A DNA stretch of 64,000 nt from Oligoflexia bacterium (GTDB taxonomy: Bacteria > Bdellovibrionota > UBA1018). A model generated the notes under the pieces. The model saw nothing but the letters and a program-made list of their open reading frames with translations, made no database searches and was not told the origin of the DNA. How positions within the stretch are numbered: the first letter of the stretch is position 1; each line of letters begins with the position of its first letter. Positions 23,007 to 34,924 of this stretch are shown piece by piece. The translations under genes were made by a program, and so were the position numbers. Location: contig CAVWVI010000003.1 in assembly GCA_963758495.1 (NCBI GenBank), forward strand, positions 1,152,001 to 1,216,000, given 5' to 3'.

Positions 23007-23126
23007 ATACATGTATAATAACACAAATATATACAATAATACAAGTATTTGCTTACAGCGCCTAAATGTTGGACTTCTTCATTCACAACCCTGAATCGGA
23101 AGGTATTCTCCAGAGTTATCGCAATA

Positions 23127-25038
23127 ATGATTTTGGGAATCAGTCTATTCAGCACGGTGGGAATAGCGATGGGTGCTGCCCGCCACCCTCCTTTAGGTGA
23201 CCAGGGGGCAAGTCACTTAAGTCAGTCTTCTCTTAAAGTACCGAAAATAGCAGTGCCTCAACTTTTCTCAGATGTCTTGATTGATGTAGATGACTTTGAA
23301 GGTTGGAAGGTCAGAGGAACTGGACTGGGAGAGCTCTCTGTTTTTGACACGGCAAGGAGATCAAAATAATCGTAAAGAATTACTCATCCAAGCACAAAAA
23401 AATGAATCAGAAGGAAAGAAGATTCTGCTCGACCCCGTAACGGATTATCCAGTGAAGTTAACTCAGGAAACGCGTGATCTTTTTGAAGGCATTCATGATG
23501 ACACTGTCAGATGGGATGGGTCTTTCGCAGGATATGAATCTATTTTTGATCCAATGACACTGCAGACTCAAGGGAATCCGATTTCTATTTACTGGGTTCG
23601 TGAAATTCCGCACGGAGAAAATGGATCGGAGCGAATGGCGAGTCTGGGTGAAATCAGTCAGGCTTACATGAGGAAGGGAGCAGGATTTAATAGTAGGGGT
23701 TTAACTGAAGTTGCCCAGAGATTTTTTAAGAAGGGAATTCGGATTACTGAGAAACTGCTAGAAGCAGGAAATCCTGAAGGTGAATTCCTTATGGGGCAAT
23801 TTTTGGAAAAAGGACAGGGGTATCCTCAGGACTTTGCGAAAGCGGCGGAGTGGTATGTTCAGGCAGCACGAGGTGGAAGTTCTCAGGCTCATGGGGCATT
23901 GAATCGTCGTGGATTTCAAGAATTCGTGCAAGTGTGGAAGGATGCACATAACAACCACTTTCCTCATTTAGCAGAAGCAGAGCGGGCACTGGCGAAAATT
24001 TATTTACATGGGAATAATTGGGTTGCTCAAGATTTTCGATTGGCTTCTAAGTGGCTCAAGAAGCATTGGATCGAAAGTTTAAAAGCAGCTCAAGAGGGAG
24101 ATATGCAAATCCAGTTTGGCCTTGGGGTGATGTATGCCAATGGGATTGGAGTATTTAGAGATGAAGTCAAAGCAATGACTTGGTCAAAAAAAGCTGCAGA
24201 TCGGGGACATGCAGGAGCGCAGGAATTTCTCAATGACTTTGCCAAGCCAGAAGTCAGAATGAACCGGATGCTAGCGAAATTTGGAATTCATGTTGTGGCA
24301 CTTCCTGGTGGAAGGTTTACAATGGGAACTCCAGACACAGCAGACGAAGAGCAGCGAGGTCGACGCCCTAATGAAACTGAACATCTAGTGGAATTAAGCC
24401 CTTTTTTCGTAATGGATACGAAACTGACTCGGGAGCAGTGGAGTAAAATCACAGGCGAAGATCCTGGCTCTCACGGGATTAGAAACTGGAGGGAGTGTCT
24501 GACTTGTCCGATGACCGATGTAAGTTGGGACGACGCTCAAAAGATGATTCAAAAACTGGAAGAAAAAGGGATTCGCGCAAAACTTCCGACAGAAGCTCAG
24601 CAGGAATATTACATGAGATTGAGTTATGACGAAAAGAAGGTCACTCAAACCACCTACCCTTGGGGTACCGATCCGAATCAACTCAGGAAATATGCTTGGT
24701 ATTCTGAGAACTCTGCAGGTCATGTTCATCCGGTAGGAACTACAGAAATACCGGCAAACTCTTATGGGATGAAAGACGTATTGGGAAATGTGTGGGAGTG
24801 GTCAGATTCATGGTATGGGGACTACCCCGAGAACTTACAAACTGGGTTGATTAGGTCAGTGATTCCTATTCAAGATCCGCAAGGGCCACATCGTGGCGGT
24901 GGGCGTGTCTTACGGGGCGGCGACTGGCTCAATAGTGCCGAGGCCTGTCGACCGGCTCGTCGCTATGGGAAGGAGCCGGAAAACTACGCCGACAGCGTGG
25001 GTATTCGTCTTGTGATTCTTAACCAAAACTTCCACTGA
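23127..25038 (+). pseudogene. Sel1 + FGE-sulfatase protein, copy 2, with +1 frameshift and shortened 5' end
   Basis: ORFs 23049..23369 and 23290..25038 together match copy 1; one extra base in the T run 23341-23345. Confidence 0.85.
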
Positions 25039-25390
25039 GAGACTCGCCTCCCAGTAAATGTAAATGAATATGAAATACCGTCTGACCGGCATCCCGCTCC
25101 GTATTAATAACGGAACGATAACCTCCAGGTAATAATCCATGCTGCCTCGCGATCTGAGCTGCGACAGCAAACAAGTTACCCATCAATTCTGATTCGCCCG
25201 CACTCCCTTCAGGAAAAGCAGTCATCAAAGAAGAAATGTGCTTTTTTGGAATCACGAGAAGATGAATCTTTGCTTGTGGATGAATATCGCGAATACAGAT
25301 GAACGAATCATCTTCATAGACTTTGGGAACAGGACTTTCTCCAACGATCATTTTACAAAACAAGCAGTCATTTGATGTTTTGCTCATCAC
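25019..25390 (-). CDS. Histidine triad (HIT) nucleotide-binding protein
   Basis: [35 protein letters not shown]. Confidence 0.95.
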   Translation of the reverse strand: MMSKTSNDCLFCKMIVGESPVPKVYEDDSFICIRDIHPQAKIHLLVIPKKHISSLMTAFPEGSAGESELMGNLFAVAAQIARQHGLLPGGYRSVINTERDAGQTVFHIHLHLLGGESLSGSFG

Positions 25391-25429
25391 CCTGTCCCTT
25401 TCAAAAGATAAATTTCAATGAAGTTATTT

Positions 25430-26686
25430 TTAAGTAATTCTCCAAATATCCGCGCCTAAATGTCGTAATTTGGCTTCCATATTTTCATATCCGCGGTCCA
25501 AATGGTAAATTCGATTGATAACCGTTTCACCCGCAGCGCAAAGTCCACCTATAATCAGACTCGCACTTGCTCTCAGATCAGTTGCCATTAATGGAGCACC
25601 TTGCAACTTCTCCTGACCTCGAACTAAAGCACTATTTCCACGAACCGTAATGTCAGCACCCAATCGAGATAGCTCGGGGACATGCATAAATCGATTTTCA
25701 AAAATAGTCTCCGTAATGACAGAAGCGCCATCCGCAACCGTCATGGTCGTCATAAATTGAGCCTGCATATCTGTCGGGAATCCTGGATAAGGGAGAGTCG
25801 TGATATCAGTTGCTTTGGGGCGCCCACCTCCATGCACTGTCACTGCGTTTGCTTCTCGACTAATACCTGCACCCGCCTCTTCAAACTTAACTAACAAGGC
25901 TTCGATGTATTCAGGATTCAGTCCTTCTACGCGAACCACGCCTCGCGTCGCAAAACCAGCTGATAGAAAAGTCCCTGCTTCAATTCTGTCTCCCATGATT
26001 TCATATTCACAGCCCTTAAGCGATGATTTCCCTTGAATTCGGATCTCTTCGGTTCCTTCACCTTCAAGCTGCGCACCCATTGCTCGTAAGGCTAAAGCAA
26101 GATCAACGATCTCTGGCTCTTTAGCACAATTTTCAAGTAAGGACTCTCCGTCTGCTAATACTGCAGCCATCATGACATTTTGGGTAGCACCCACACTCGG
26201 AAATTCAAAAGCAACGCGGTTGCCTCTTAACTTTTTTGCGGAAGCGATAATGTAACCATTTTCAAGTTGAATCTCAGCACCTAAGCGCTCTAAACCCGAT
26301 AAATGATAATTGATCGGACGAGCACCAATTGCACATCCGCCAGGCAAACTCACTTTAGCTTGCCCAAATCGAGCTAAAAGAGGACCTAATACAACGACCG
26401 AAGCTCTCATGGTCCTGACCAAGTCATACGGCGCATCAAAAATATTGACACTGTCCGAGTTCAGTTGAACTCGATTTTGATCTAAGTGAGACTCTACATG
26501 AGCTCCTAAATGAGAGAGTAGCTTAAGAGTTGTCCGAATATCCTGAAGTCCAGGTACTTGCTTAAAAACACAAGTCCCTTCAGCCAATAATCCTGAAATC
26601 AATATAGGAAGAGCAGCATTTTTAGAACCACTCACACGGACACTTCCATTGAGCGATTTACCACCGAGAATCTTGATTTTATCCAT
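25430..26686 (-). CDS. murA: UDP-N-acetylglucosamine 1-carboxyvinyltransferase
   Basis: [41 protein letters not shown]. Confidence 0.98.
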   Translation of the reverse strand: MDKIKILGGKSLNGSVRVSGSKNAALPILISGLLAEGTCVFKQVPGLQDIRTTLKLLSHLGAHVESHLDQNRVQLNSDSVNIFDAPYDLVRTMRASVVVLGPLLARFGQAKVSLPGGCAIGARPINYHLSGLERLGAEIQLENGYIIASAKKLRGNRVAFEFPSVGATQNVMMAAVLADGESLLENCAKEPEIVDLALALRAMGAQLEGEGTEEIRIQGKSSLKGCEYEIMGDRIEAGTFLSAGFATRGVVRVEGLNPEYIEALLVKFEEAGAGISREANAVTVHGGGRPKATDITTLPYPGFPTDMQAQFMTTMTVADGASVITETIFENRFMHVPELSRLGADITVRGNSALVRGQEKLQGAPLMATDLRASASLIIGGLCAAGETVINRIYHLDRGYENMEAKLRHLGADIWRIT

Positions 26687-26709
26687 TCTACTCCTCTAAC
26701 CTTACTTCT

Positions 26710-27657
26710 CTAGTCCTGCTCCTCTAGTTTTGCAACTAGGACTCGATCTCTGCCATTGAGATCAGGTAAAATCTTCGCATCCCATTTTGGCTTTGAAAAA
26801 AGTTTAATAATTTCCGAAGCTCGCTCATGAGGCATTTCAAGGAATACAAATCCGTCTCTTTTTATAAATAAATGAGCCTGTTCTGCTATAGATCGATAAA
26901 AATAGAGAGGATCACTGACTGGCGCAAAAAGAGCTTCATGAGGCTCAAAAGACAAAACTTGAGCTTCGACCTCATCAGTTGAAACTAAATAAGGAGGATT
27001 TGAAATTAAGAAATCCGCCATAGGATGAGAAATAATAGTCTCAAAAGGACTCAACACATCCAAAGCATGACCCGCTCGAATCACTTGAAGACGAGTGCAT
27101 CCCTTGAGGCCCGATCCTAATATTCTTTCAGCGTTATTGAGTGCCCGAATCCGAGCGCCCTCTGTTAATTCTGAAGCTGCCATGGTGAGATCAGGAAACT
27201 TTGAAAGCAATTCAATTGAAAGCACGCCACTCCCAATACCTACTTCAATTCCTAATCGAGGACTGCATCGACCCTCTGAAAGGGTTGCGATCGCAGAGGT
27301 CAATACAACCTCTGTTTCAGGCCGAGGAATCAGCACGTCGCTTCCAACTTCGTATTCATGATCTAGAAATACTTGAAATCCTGTTAAATGTTGAAGAGGC
27401 TTTCCTTCAGCCCTTAAGGTCGATAACGAGAAGAGAAGTTCCGCCGACGTCTTAGGAAACGAGTCTTCAATCTTTGAAAAAAACTCAACCCGAGGGAGCT
27501 GAATTCCTGTCATCATTCGATAAGATGCGATCACTAATTGCTCTGCTTCTGTATCTACGACAGCACCCACTCCCTCCTCAGATCCCTTTGTAAGAATTTG
27601 CTTTGCAGCTTTAAGAGCTTCTCCAAAACTTCTAGGCAGTACTTGATTTAGTTCCAT
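26710..27657 (-). CDS. prmC: Release factor glutamine methyltransferase
   Basis: PLQHLTG, LIPRPETE, GIGSG, SNPPY; follows prfA. Confidence 0.95.
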   Translation of the reverse strand: MELNQVLPRSFGEALKAAKQILTKGSEEGVGAVVDTEAEQLVIASYRMMTGIQLPRVEFFSKIEDSFPKTSAELLFSLSTLRAEGKPLQHLTGFQVFLDHEYEVGSDVLIPRPETEVVLTSAIATLSEGRCSPRLGIEVGIGSGVLSIELLSKFPDLTMAASELTEGARIRALNNAERILGSGLKGCTRLQVIRAGHALDVLSPFETIISHPMADFLISNPPYLVSTDEVEAQVLSFEPHEALFAPVSDPLYFYRSIAEQAHLFIKRDGFVFLEMPHERASEIIKLFSKPKWDAKILPDLNGRDRVLVAKLEEQD

Positions 27658-27658
27658 T

Positions 27659-28732
27659 TTACGCTCCAATTCCTTGAGCCTTTAAGGCTTCCATTTGGTA
27701 ATTGGCAATCAATCCTTCAATAATTTCATCGATTTTGCCTTCCATTACCTCAGTTAATTGGTAAAGAGTCAGCCCAATACGGTGATCCGTAAGTCTTCCT
27801 TGTGGGAAATTATACGTTCTAATTCGCTCACTTCGATCACCTGTTCCCACCATACTCCGACGAGCATCTGAATGAGTTTTTGCTGCTCTTGCAACCTCAA
27901 GATCAAGTAAGCGAGATCGTAGAATCTTCATTGCCTTATCCTTATTCTTAAGCTGTGATCTCTCATCTTGACAGACCACAACAAGTCCGGAAGGAATATG
28001 AGTAATTCTAACCGCAGAGTCGGTTGTATTCACTCCTTGCCCACCCGCACCACCTGATCGAAACACATCAATTCTGAGATCCATAGGATTAATCGTCACA
28101 TCTACCTCTTCCGCTTCAGGTAAAACGGCAACTGTAACTGTAGATGTATGAACACGTCCTTGAGCTTCAGTAGCAGGAACTCGCTGGACTCGATGAACCC
28201 CACCCTCCCACTTTAAACGACTATAAACCTTATTCCCTTGGATCTCCGTAATAATTTCCTTAAATCCACCCAATCCAGTTGGATTTGCAGAAAGAAGTTC
28301 CATTTTCCAACCTTGTCTTTCTACATACCGCTGATAAAGTCGAAATAACTCTCCCACAAAAAGAGCCGCCTCATCTCCTCCTGCTCCTGCTCGAATTTCA
28401 AACACGACGTTCTTTTCATCATTAGGATCTGTAGGCAACAGAAGAACTTGAAGTTTCTTTTTTGATTTCTCAAAGTCGAGTTGCAATCGCTTGAGCTCAT
28501 CTTTTGCCATAGCCGCAATCTCGGCGTCTTTTTCTCTCAAAAGCTCATTATTGGATTCCATCTCAATGATAAGTTTTTTATGATAATGAAACTCAGAAAC
28601 TATTTCCTGAAGCGCCGCATGCTCTTGTGAAAGTTTTCTAAAATCACGAGGACGTTCAGCGATCTCTGGATCTGCCAAACGACTTTCAATTTCCATAAAA
28701 CGGGCTACAACTGCTTCTAATTTATCGAACAT
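27659..28732 (-). CDS. prfA: Peptide chain release factor 1
   Basis: GGDEA, HRVQRVPATE (PxT), GAGGQ, RTYNFPQ. Confidence 0.98.
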   Translation of the reverse strand: MFDKLEAVVARFMEIESRLADPEIAERPRDFRKLSQEHAALQEIVSEFHYHKKLIIEMESNNELLREKDAEIAAMAKDELKRLQLDFEKSKKKLQVLLLPTDPNDEKNVVFEIRAGAGGDEAALFVGELFRLYQRYVERQGWKMELLSANPTGLGGFKEIITEIQGNKVYSRLKWEGGVHRVQRVPATEAQGRVHTSTVTVAVLPEAEEVDVTINPMDLRIDVFRSGGAGGQGVNTTDSAVRITHIPSGLVVVCQDERSQLKNKDKAMKILRSRLLDLEVARAAKTHSDARRSMVGTGDRSERIRTYNFPQGRLTDHRIGLTLYQLTEVMEGKIDEIIEGLIANYQMEALKAQGIGA

Positions 28733-28738
28733 GATGAA

Positions 28739-29794
28739 TTACATTTCTGGAAATTGCGCTGCTTGAGCTTCAATATGGCCCAAATCCATGAGCTGCATGA
28801 TTTCAACTTCCCCTTTAGGTCCTTGAGAGGATATCCCATTCAACTTTTCCTTTTCAAGCCGAAGTACTTGTTTTAATGACGCCAAAGCCACCTCTAATTG
28901 ATCATCTGCTGGCTCTCGGGTAGTTAACTTTTGCAGAATCATCCCTGGCCAAATCAATATTCTAAAAATCGGATTTTGCATTCGAAATGCACAAGCCTTA
29001 ATAAATTCATATGCAAGCCCTGCAACAGGAAGCATTAACACCATCTTAATGAAGATCATTCCAAGATGATTCAAAATAGGATTCGAAGAAAGCGTGGTCA
29101 ACTGAAAAAATGGGAAAACTATACTAAACACAGCAATACTGATCAGCACTAAAAACAACAGAAAGCTAGTACCACATCTAGGATGAAGAGTCGTATATTT
29201 ACGCGCATTCTGAACAATAAGCTCTTCTCCCGCTTCAAACGTATAGATCGATTTGTGCTCAGCACCATGATATTGAAACACCCGATGAATATCTTTCATC
29301 ATGGCGATCAAATAAACATAAGTAAGAAGAATCGCTATTTTAAACCCACCATCTATCAAGTGAAAAAAGGGACTTTGGGCTGTTAGGTGGATTGCTTCAG
29401 TAGAAGTGAATAGAACCGTGATCAAATGAGGAAGAGCAACAAACAGCCCCATACCTAAAACAAACGCAGTTAAAATCGAGGCTGCAATCGCCCAATTTGA
29501 AAGCTCCTCCCCTGTACTTTCTGAGTCAGTAGCAATTTGCGCTGAATAGCTTAAAGCGTTCACACCTTGTACCATGGACTCCAAGAGAGTAACCACTCCA
29601 CGCAGTATGGGCTTTCTCAAAAAAGGATAGCGCTGACTCATACTTACATAAGATGCATTCTGAATCACAATTCGCTGATTGGGTCGACGCACAGCTACAG
29701 CGATAAAGTTTGGAGACCTCATCATGACGCCTTCAATGACTGCCTGGCCGCCAATACTAGTAAATTGACTCAAAACTTTTGCTGAAGGTTTCAT
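28739..29794 (-). CDS. DUF1385 membrane protein
   Basis: IGGQAVIEGVMM, YHGAEHK, HPRCGTSF, TTREP. Confidence 0.93.
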   Translation of the reverse strand: MKPSAKVLSQFTSIGGQAVIEGVMMRSPNFIAVAVRRPNQRIVIQNASYVSMSQRYPFLRKPILRGVVTLLESMVQGVNALSYSAQIATDSESTGEELSNWAIAASILTAFVLGMGLFVALPHLITVLFTSTEAIHLTAQSPFFHLIDGGFKIAILLTYVYLIAMMKDIHRVFQYHGAEHKSIYTFEAGEELIVQNARKYTTLHPRCGTSFLLFLVLISIAVFSIVFPFFQLTTLSSNPILNHLGMIFIKMVLMLPVAGLAYEFIKACAFRMQNPIFRILIWPGMILQKLTTREPADDQLEVALASLKQVLRLEKEKLNGISSQGPKGEVEIMQLMDLGHIEAQAAQFPEM

Positions 29795-30031
29795 CAGTCC
29801 CTCTTAGAGACATAAGCTTCGAGATAAAACTCGAAGAGTAGCTCTCTGTGCGTTTCACCCTAGAATTAGCAATCTAACTCTTCAAAGAGAATATACTTAG
29901 GCTTTCTCTTCTGTCCACTCAAGTTAAGAACGAATTTTTTAACGCATGAATGCGTAAAAAACGGTTAGACGACGGAACAATCCATTACCCTACTCCAGGG
30001 CTCAGAGTTGCAATCTGAGACTGAAAGTCGA

Positions 30032-30232
30032 CTACTTCTTCTTATATTTATTTAAGAATCGTTCGACGCGACCTTCCGTGTCCATAAGCTTATGCTTTCC
30101 TGTAAAAAATGGATGACAACTCGAACAAATTTCGACCTTAATATTGTCATAGGTTGCGCGAGTTTCCATCACGTTACCACATGCACATTTAATCGTCGTT
30201 TCATTATACTGCGGATGAATACCTTGTTTCAT
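30032..30232 (-). CDS. rpmE: 50S ribosomal protein L31
   Basis: [29 protein letters not shown]. Confidence 0.97.
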   Translation of the reverse strand: MKQGIHPQYNETTIKCACGNVMETRATYDNIKVEICSSCHPFFTGKHKLMDTEGRVERFLNKYKKK

Positions 30233-30406
30233 AACTCGTTCCTTCCAAAAACCGATCCAATTGAACTACCTGTCCTGAATAAGACTAGGATTCCCAATCC
30301 ATGATCTCGTGATCATTTTTTCAAGGGCACTTCCCGCAGTTCCTGCGGTGGTGAAGTAGAATACAATGTGACAGCACTACTGTCAACGCTTGTCCAGAAA
30401 CGCTCT

Positions 30407-31655
30407 TTAGCCGCTCATGCCCTTTACGAACTCTTCATTTGTTTTAGTTCGAGAGACCTTCTCGAGCAAAAACTCCATTGCATCAACCGTATTCATTGGA
30501 TGAAGCACTTTACGCAAAATCCACAGACGATTGAGCAAATCCTTAGGAAGTAACAATTCTTCCTTTCGTGTCGCAGACTTATTAATGTCCAAACACGGAA
30601 AAATTCTCTTCTCCATAAGCTTTCGGTCAAGATGGATTTCAGAATTGCCTGTTCCCTTAAATTCTTCGAAAATAACTTCGTCCATTCGTGAGCCAGTGTC
30701 AACCAAAGAGGTTGCAATAATCGTTAGCGACCCACCCTCTTCAATATTTCTGGCCGCTCCAAAGAATCTCTTAGGCTTATGAAGGGCGTTGGAATCGACA
30801 CCACCTGACAAAATTTTACCAGAAGGAGGCACAACAGAATTATAAGCTCGTGCCAATCGAGTAATCGAATCCAAAAGAATCACGACATCGTACTTATTTT
30901 CAACAAGACGTTTGGCTTTTTCTATTACCATTTCAGCAACTTGAACGTGTCGAGAAGCTTGCTCATCAAAAGTCGAACTCACAACTTCACCTTTAACGGA
31001 GCGTTGCATATCAGTCACTTCTTCTGGCCGTTCATCGATGAGAAGTACAATCAACTTGATTTCTGGATGATTCGTCGTAATCGCATTTGCAATATCTTGC
31101 ATCAAAACGGTCTTACCGGCTCTTGGAGGAGCGACAATCAAGCAACGTTGCCCTTTTCCAAGTGGAACCATCATATCAATAATGCGCGTACTATAAATAT
31201 TAGGTTGATATTCTAAATTAATCCGTCTTATTTGGATAAAGAGGGGTCAGATTATCAAAGAGAACCTTTTCAGAATTCATCTCGGGAGTTTGAAAATTGA
31301 CTTGCTCTACCTTAAGAAGAGCAAAATATCGCTCTCCCTCTTTGGGAGCCCGCACCGATCCACTAACGGTATCTCCCGTCCGCAAACCAAACCTTCGAAT
31401 CTGAGAAGGAGAAACATACACATCATCAGGCCCTGGAAGATAATTATAATCAGGTGCTCGAAAAAACCCAAATCCGTCAGGCAAGCATTCCAAAACGCCA
31501 TCTGCATAAATATGCTCGTCTTTTTCTGCCTTTTTTTGAAGAACTGCAAAAATGAGATCCTGCTTACGCATTCCGCCGGCATTTTCAATGCCCAGCTCTT
31601 TCCCCATTTCTACAAGGTCACCAATTTTCTTTTCCTTTAGTTCTCTCAGATGCAT
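30407..31655 (-). pseudogene. rho: Transcription termination factor Rho, split by a +1 frameshift (probably an assembly error)
   Basis: N part 31218..31655 ([17 protein letters not shown]) and C part ([24 protein letters not shown]); removing one base near 31226-31229 gives a 415-aa Rho. Confidence 0.93.
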
Positions 31656-31931
31656 TCAATTCCCTCAGCTTTTACGTATCCTCTCGCATTTACCAAGCAT
31701 CCTTTAATTTCGTCGTCAGATAATTGTCATAGAGGAGGGTATAACATCAGTTTATTGAACCGCGACTTAACAAGTTTATCTCATGCGCGGCTGATTTTTG
31801 GATTGATTCAGCAGCAAAGTCCGCCACCACACAAACTCGGGTAACAAACTATGTTCAATGAGTAAAGAAAAAACGTTACTCAACGTTCCAAAAATTGTAG
31901 CTTCTTCACTTTTACCCTACAATAAGGGAGA

Positions 31932-33014
31932 ATGGAAGAGAGACTAAAACCAGTGAAGTGGCTCCTTGTGTTTCCAATCCTAGCGATCATGATCGGGATC
32001 CCTCTGACTCGGTTGGCATTTTTTGCCTATTCTGCCGCTGAGCCGGGTTCATCCAGCTCCTCAACTATTGAAATTCACAAAGGACAAAACCCTTCTGACA
32101 TTATTAAACGCCTGGCCTCAAATAAAATAATAACCGATGCAAAAAACTTTATGTGGCTGGGTCGACTCACTCGTAATTGGAAAAGGATTAAAGCGGGGGA
32201 GTATCAAGTTTCACCCTCTATGTCTCCTCTTGAGATTTTTTCTATTTTAACCTCAGGCATTAGCATTGCTCACCCCGTAACTGTTCGGGAAGGTGAAAAT
32301 ACTTTCGAAGTGACTGACGACCTCACCGAGAAAGGATTAATTCATTACGATCGCTTTACTGCACTATGCCAAAATCCAGAATTTATTTCCTCAATGGGAT
32401 TATTTAAAGAAAATCTGCCAAAAACCCTGGAAGGCTATTTTTTCCCTGACACTTACTTTTTCAATCGTTCCATGAATGAAACCGAAATAGCTAAACAAAT
32501 GGTGAAACATTTTTTTGCCTTTTGGGGGGAAAAAGAAGAAGCCCGAGCCAAGGAGCTCCAAATGTCTCGAAATGAAATTATCACCCTTGCTTCGATCATC
32601 GAAAAGGAAACAGGTGCCGCAGAAGAACGTGCTCTGATTAGCTCTGTATTCCACAATCGCCTGCAAAAAAAGATGAAGCTCCAAAGCGATCCAACGACAA
32701 TTTATGGAATGTGGAAGAGATTCAAAGGAAAGATTCATAAAAGTGATTTAAGCGAAAACAATCCATACAATACGTACTCAATTGAGGGTTTACCTATAGG
32801 TCCAATTTCAAACCCAGGAAAAGAGGCTATTCATGCTGCACTTTACCCCGCAGAAAGCCCCTATTTCTTTTTCGTATCTCATAATGACGGAACTCATCAA
32901 TTCTCACGAACTTTTGCTGAACATACACGCGCAGTTCGAAAGTTTCAAATTGACCCAAAAGCAAGACAAGGTAAAAGTTGGCGAGACCATTTAAGAAAGA
33001 CCGCGTCAGATTAA
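31932..33014 (+). CDS. mltG: Endolytic transglycosylase MltG
   Basis: LEGYFFPDTY, LASIIEKE, LQSDPT, PYNTY...GLP.GPI.NPG. Confidence 0.95.
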   Translation: MEERLKPVKWLLVFPILAIMIGIPLTRLAFFAYSAAEPGSSSSSTIEIHKGQNPSDIIKRLASNKIITDAKNFMWLGRLTRNWKRIKAGEYQVSPSMSPLEIFSILTSGISIAHPVTVREGENTFEVTDDLTEKGLIHYDRFTALCQNPEFISSMGLFKENLPKTLEGYFFPDTYFFNRSMNETEIAKQMVKHFFAFWGEKEEARAKELQMSRNEIITLASIIEKETGAAEERALISSVFHNRLQKKMKLQSDPTTIYGMWKRFKGKIHKSDLSENNPYNTYSIEGLPIGPISNPGKEAIHAALYPAESPYFFFVSHNDGTHQFSRTFAEHTRAVRKFQIDPKARQGKSWRDHLRKTASD

Positions 33015-33018
33015 GCTA

Positions 33019-34281
33019 TCAGATTGTAGCTTCCTCTCTCATGACTAATCCAATCATCGCCAGATGAGCCATAAGAAGTAACGATGCCGATTCAAAATGA
33101 GCGCCCCATTGATGCCCCACAAAATCAAATCCGGTAAGATTAATCACTGTAAAAAGAACTAAAATACCTAGCAATAGAGAGATCCTCTTCTTCTCCAATG
33201 CTTGATGAATGACCCAAATAGCGAGCGGCATGCTCATAACAAAATACGGCTTCCAAACTAAATGTGAAGGCACAATTAAAAGTCCAATCAAGACTGCAAT
33301 CCATTTAAAGGGGGAATACAAAGAACCTGAGACGATCCATCCTAAGATCACTCCAAAAGTCCCCATCGTCCAAAATAAGGAAAGTAGTCTAATTTTTTCA
33401 GAAGAAAGCCACTTCCAGCCTAAAAGCACAGGCGGTGCACCTTCCGCAATCACATGAGTAGGAATCCCACTGAGGTACCTATGTAAGAGAGCTATAAAAC
33501 TCTGATTATGAGATTCCAAAGGCAAGCCTCGAGCCAAGACGGCGTCACGCCAATCTAATAGCAAATGAAAGGTACCAGACCATCCTTGAGTGATTACTGG
33601 AACCAGTAAAGTAAATAGAACTCCTACAATAATTGCGCATCGCTCTACCTTTATTTTTCGACTGGATATTCCTGACTTTACACACCAAGGAACGAGTAAA
33701 AGCGGAAGTGGAAAAAGTTTAGCAATAGCTGCAAACGTGAGTAACAACCAACGAGGAAAATCTACTAAAGAGGGTTCTTTTTCAAAATGCCCCAAAAGCC
33801 CCCAAACACAAGCACCTAAAATAAAAAGATTAACCTGACCGTATTCTAAATCAATAAGAAGAGGCCGAGCAATGAGAACCACTCCCCAAGCACTGAGTCC
33901 AACTCCGAGCGAAGACTGTCCAATTTTACCATTTTTACTCATTTGACAAGACGCACTTAACTTCTGAATCAAAAACCCTATTAAGAATGCTTTGGCTAAA
34001 CACCAAGTTGCCAATGCCGCACTTTTTGAAAGAAGCCCCCAAGGTGAGAGAATCCAAGCAAAACCAGGTGCATATAAAAACCGATCTGGGCTCACTTGAT
34101 AAATATCGGCACCGCGTCCTGTATTGACTAACCTCCAAGCCTCATAAAAAACCGCAAAATCATTACCACCACGAGTCAAAGCACGAAAGGTGCCCACCGA
34201 AACTAATAAAACCACGGCCAATATTCCTAAAATAGATACTATTTTAGACCTAGAGCCCAAAATCATGGAACCGGGGGTCAT
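33019..34281 (-). CDS. GT87 / DUF2029 polytopic glycosyltransferase
   Basis: DFAVFY, FLYAPGFA, GQVN, AKLFP, NQS; many TM helices. Confidence 0.8.
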   Translation of the reverse strand: MTPGSMILGSRSKIVSILGILAVVLLVSVGTFRALTRGGNDFAVFYEAWRLVNTGRGADIYQVSPDRFLYAPGFAWILSPWGLLSKSAALATWCLAKAFLIGFLIQKLSASCQMSKNGKIGQSSLGVGLSAWGVVLIARPLLIDLEYGQVNLFILGACVWGLLGHFEKEPSLVDFPRWLLLTFAAIAKLFPLPLLLVPWCVKSGISSRKIKVERCAIIVGVLFTLLVPVITQGWSGTFHLLLDWRDAVLARGLPLESHNQSFIALLHRYLSGIPTHVIAEGAPPVLLGWKWLSSEKIRLLSLFWTMGTFGVILGWIVSGSLYSPFKWIAVLIGLLIVPSHLVWKPYFVMSMPLAIWVIHQALEKKRISLLLGILVLFTVINLTGFDFVGHQWGAHFESASLLLMAHLAMIGLVMREEATI

Positions 34282-34841
34282 GAAATACTCGCTCGGTCGT
34301 AGCTAGTCCACCTAGGGCCGGGCGTTAAAAATGAAAATAAGGGACTTTGGTATTCCTCTTCTAACATCAACAGTCGGCGCTTTAATTGAATTTCCGGCCG
34401 CGAAGGGTCTATAGCTCCCATAAACCCCCCCATGGATGTTAAAGCAAGAATACGATGACAAGGAATTAATATAGGCAATGGATTTTTTCTAAGCGCCTGT
34501 CCTACTGCACGAGATGCAGATAAGTTACCAATCCGTGCAGATACCCATCCATAAGTGCGTGTTTCACCATGAGGTATAGCGGAGATCGTGCGATAGACCT
34601 TGTGCTGAAACTCAGTCCAATCGGATTGATCCAAATGATCCCAATCAATGGAACCTAACGGTTCGCCTTGATAAAAATATCCGCGGATCCTATCAATCAG
34701 ATCGACCAAATTATGGGGGACTTTTACACGTTGACCAATAGTCAACCGCCCCTCCGACCATCCAATTCTACTTAAGAGCCCTTGGGAGTTCCAGCTCACC
34801 AAAATCGTGCCGAAACTTACGGGAAAATAAAAATGATTCAA
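34278..34841 (-). CDS. ogt: Methylated-DNA-protein-cysteine methyltransferase
   Basis: IPHGETRTY, RAVG, NP...IPCHR. Confidence 0.9.
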   Translation of the reverse strand: MNHFYFPVSFGTILVSWNSQGLLSRIGWSEGRLTIGQRVKVPHNLVDLIDRIRGYFYQGEPLGSIDWDHLDQSDWTEFQHKVYRTISAIPHGETRTYGWVSARIGNLSASRAVGQALRKNPLPILIPCHRILALTSMGGFMGAIDPSRPEIQLKRRLLMLEEEYQSPLFSFLTPGPRWTSYDRASIS

Positions 34842-34924
34842 ATTGAGTTATCCTCGTTGTTTTTTTGGCTTACAGAAGTTTGGCATTCGTTGCGTGGAAT
34901 TTCAATCCGATTGTGCTAATTTAA

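Noticed and set aside
30407..31655. Naturally split two-gene Rho
   Set aside because: One extra base explains the break, and the sequence between the two ORFs still encodes Rho.
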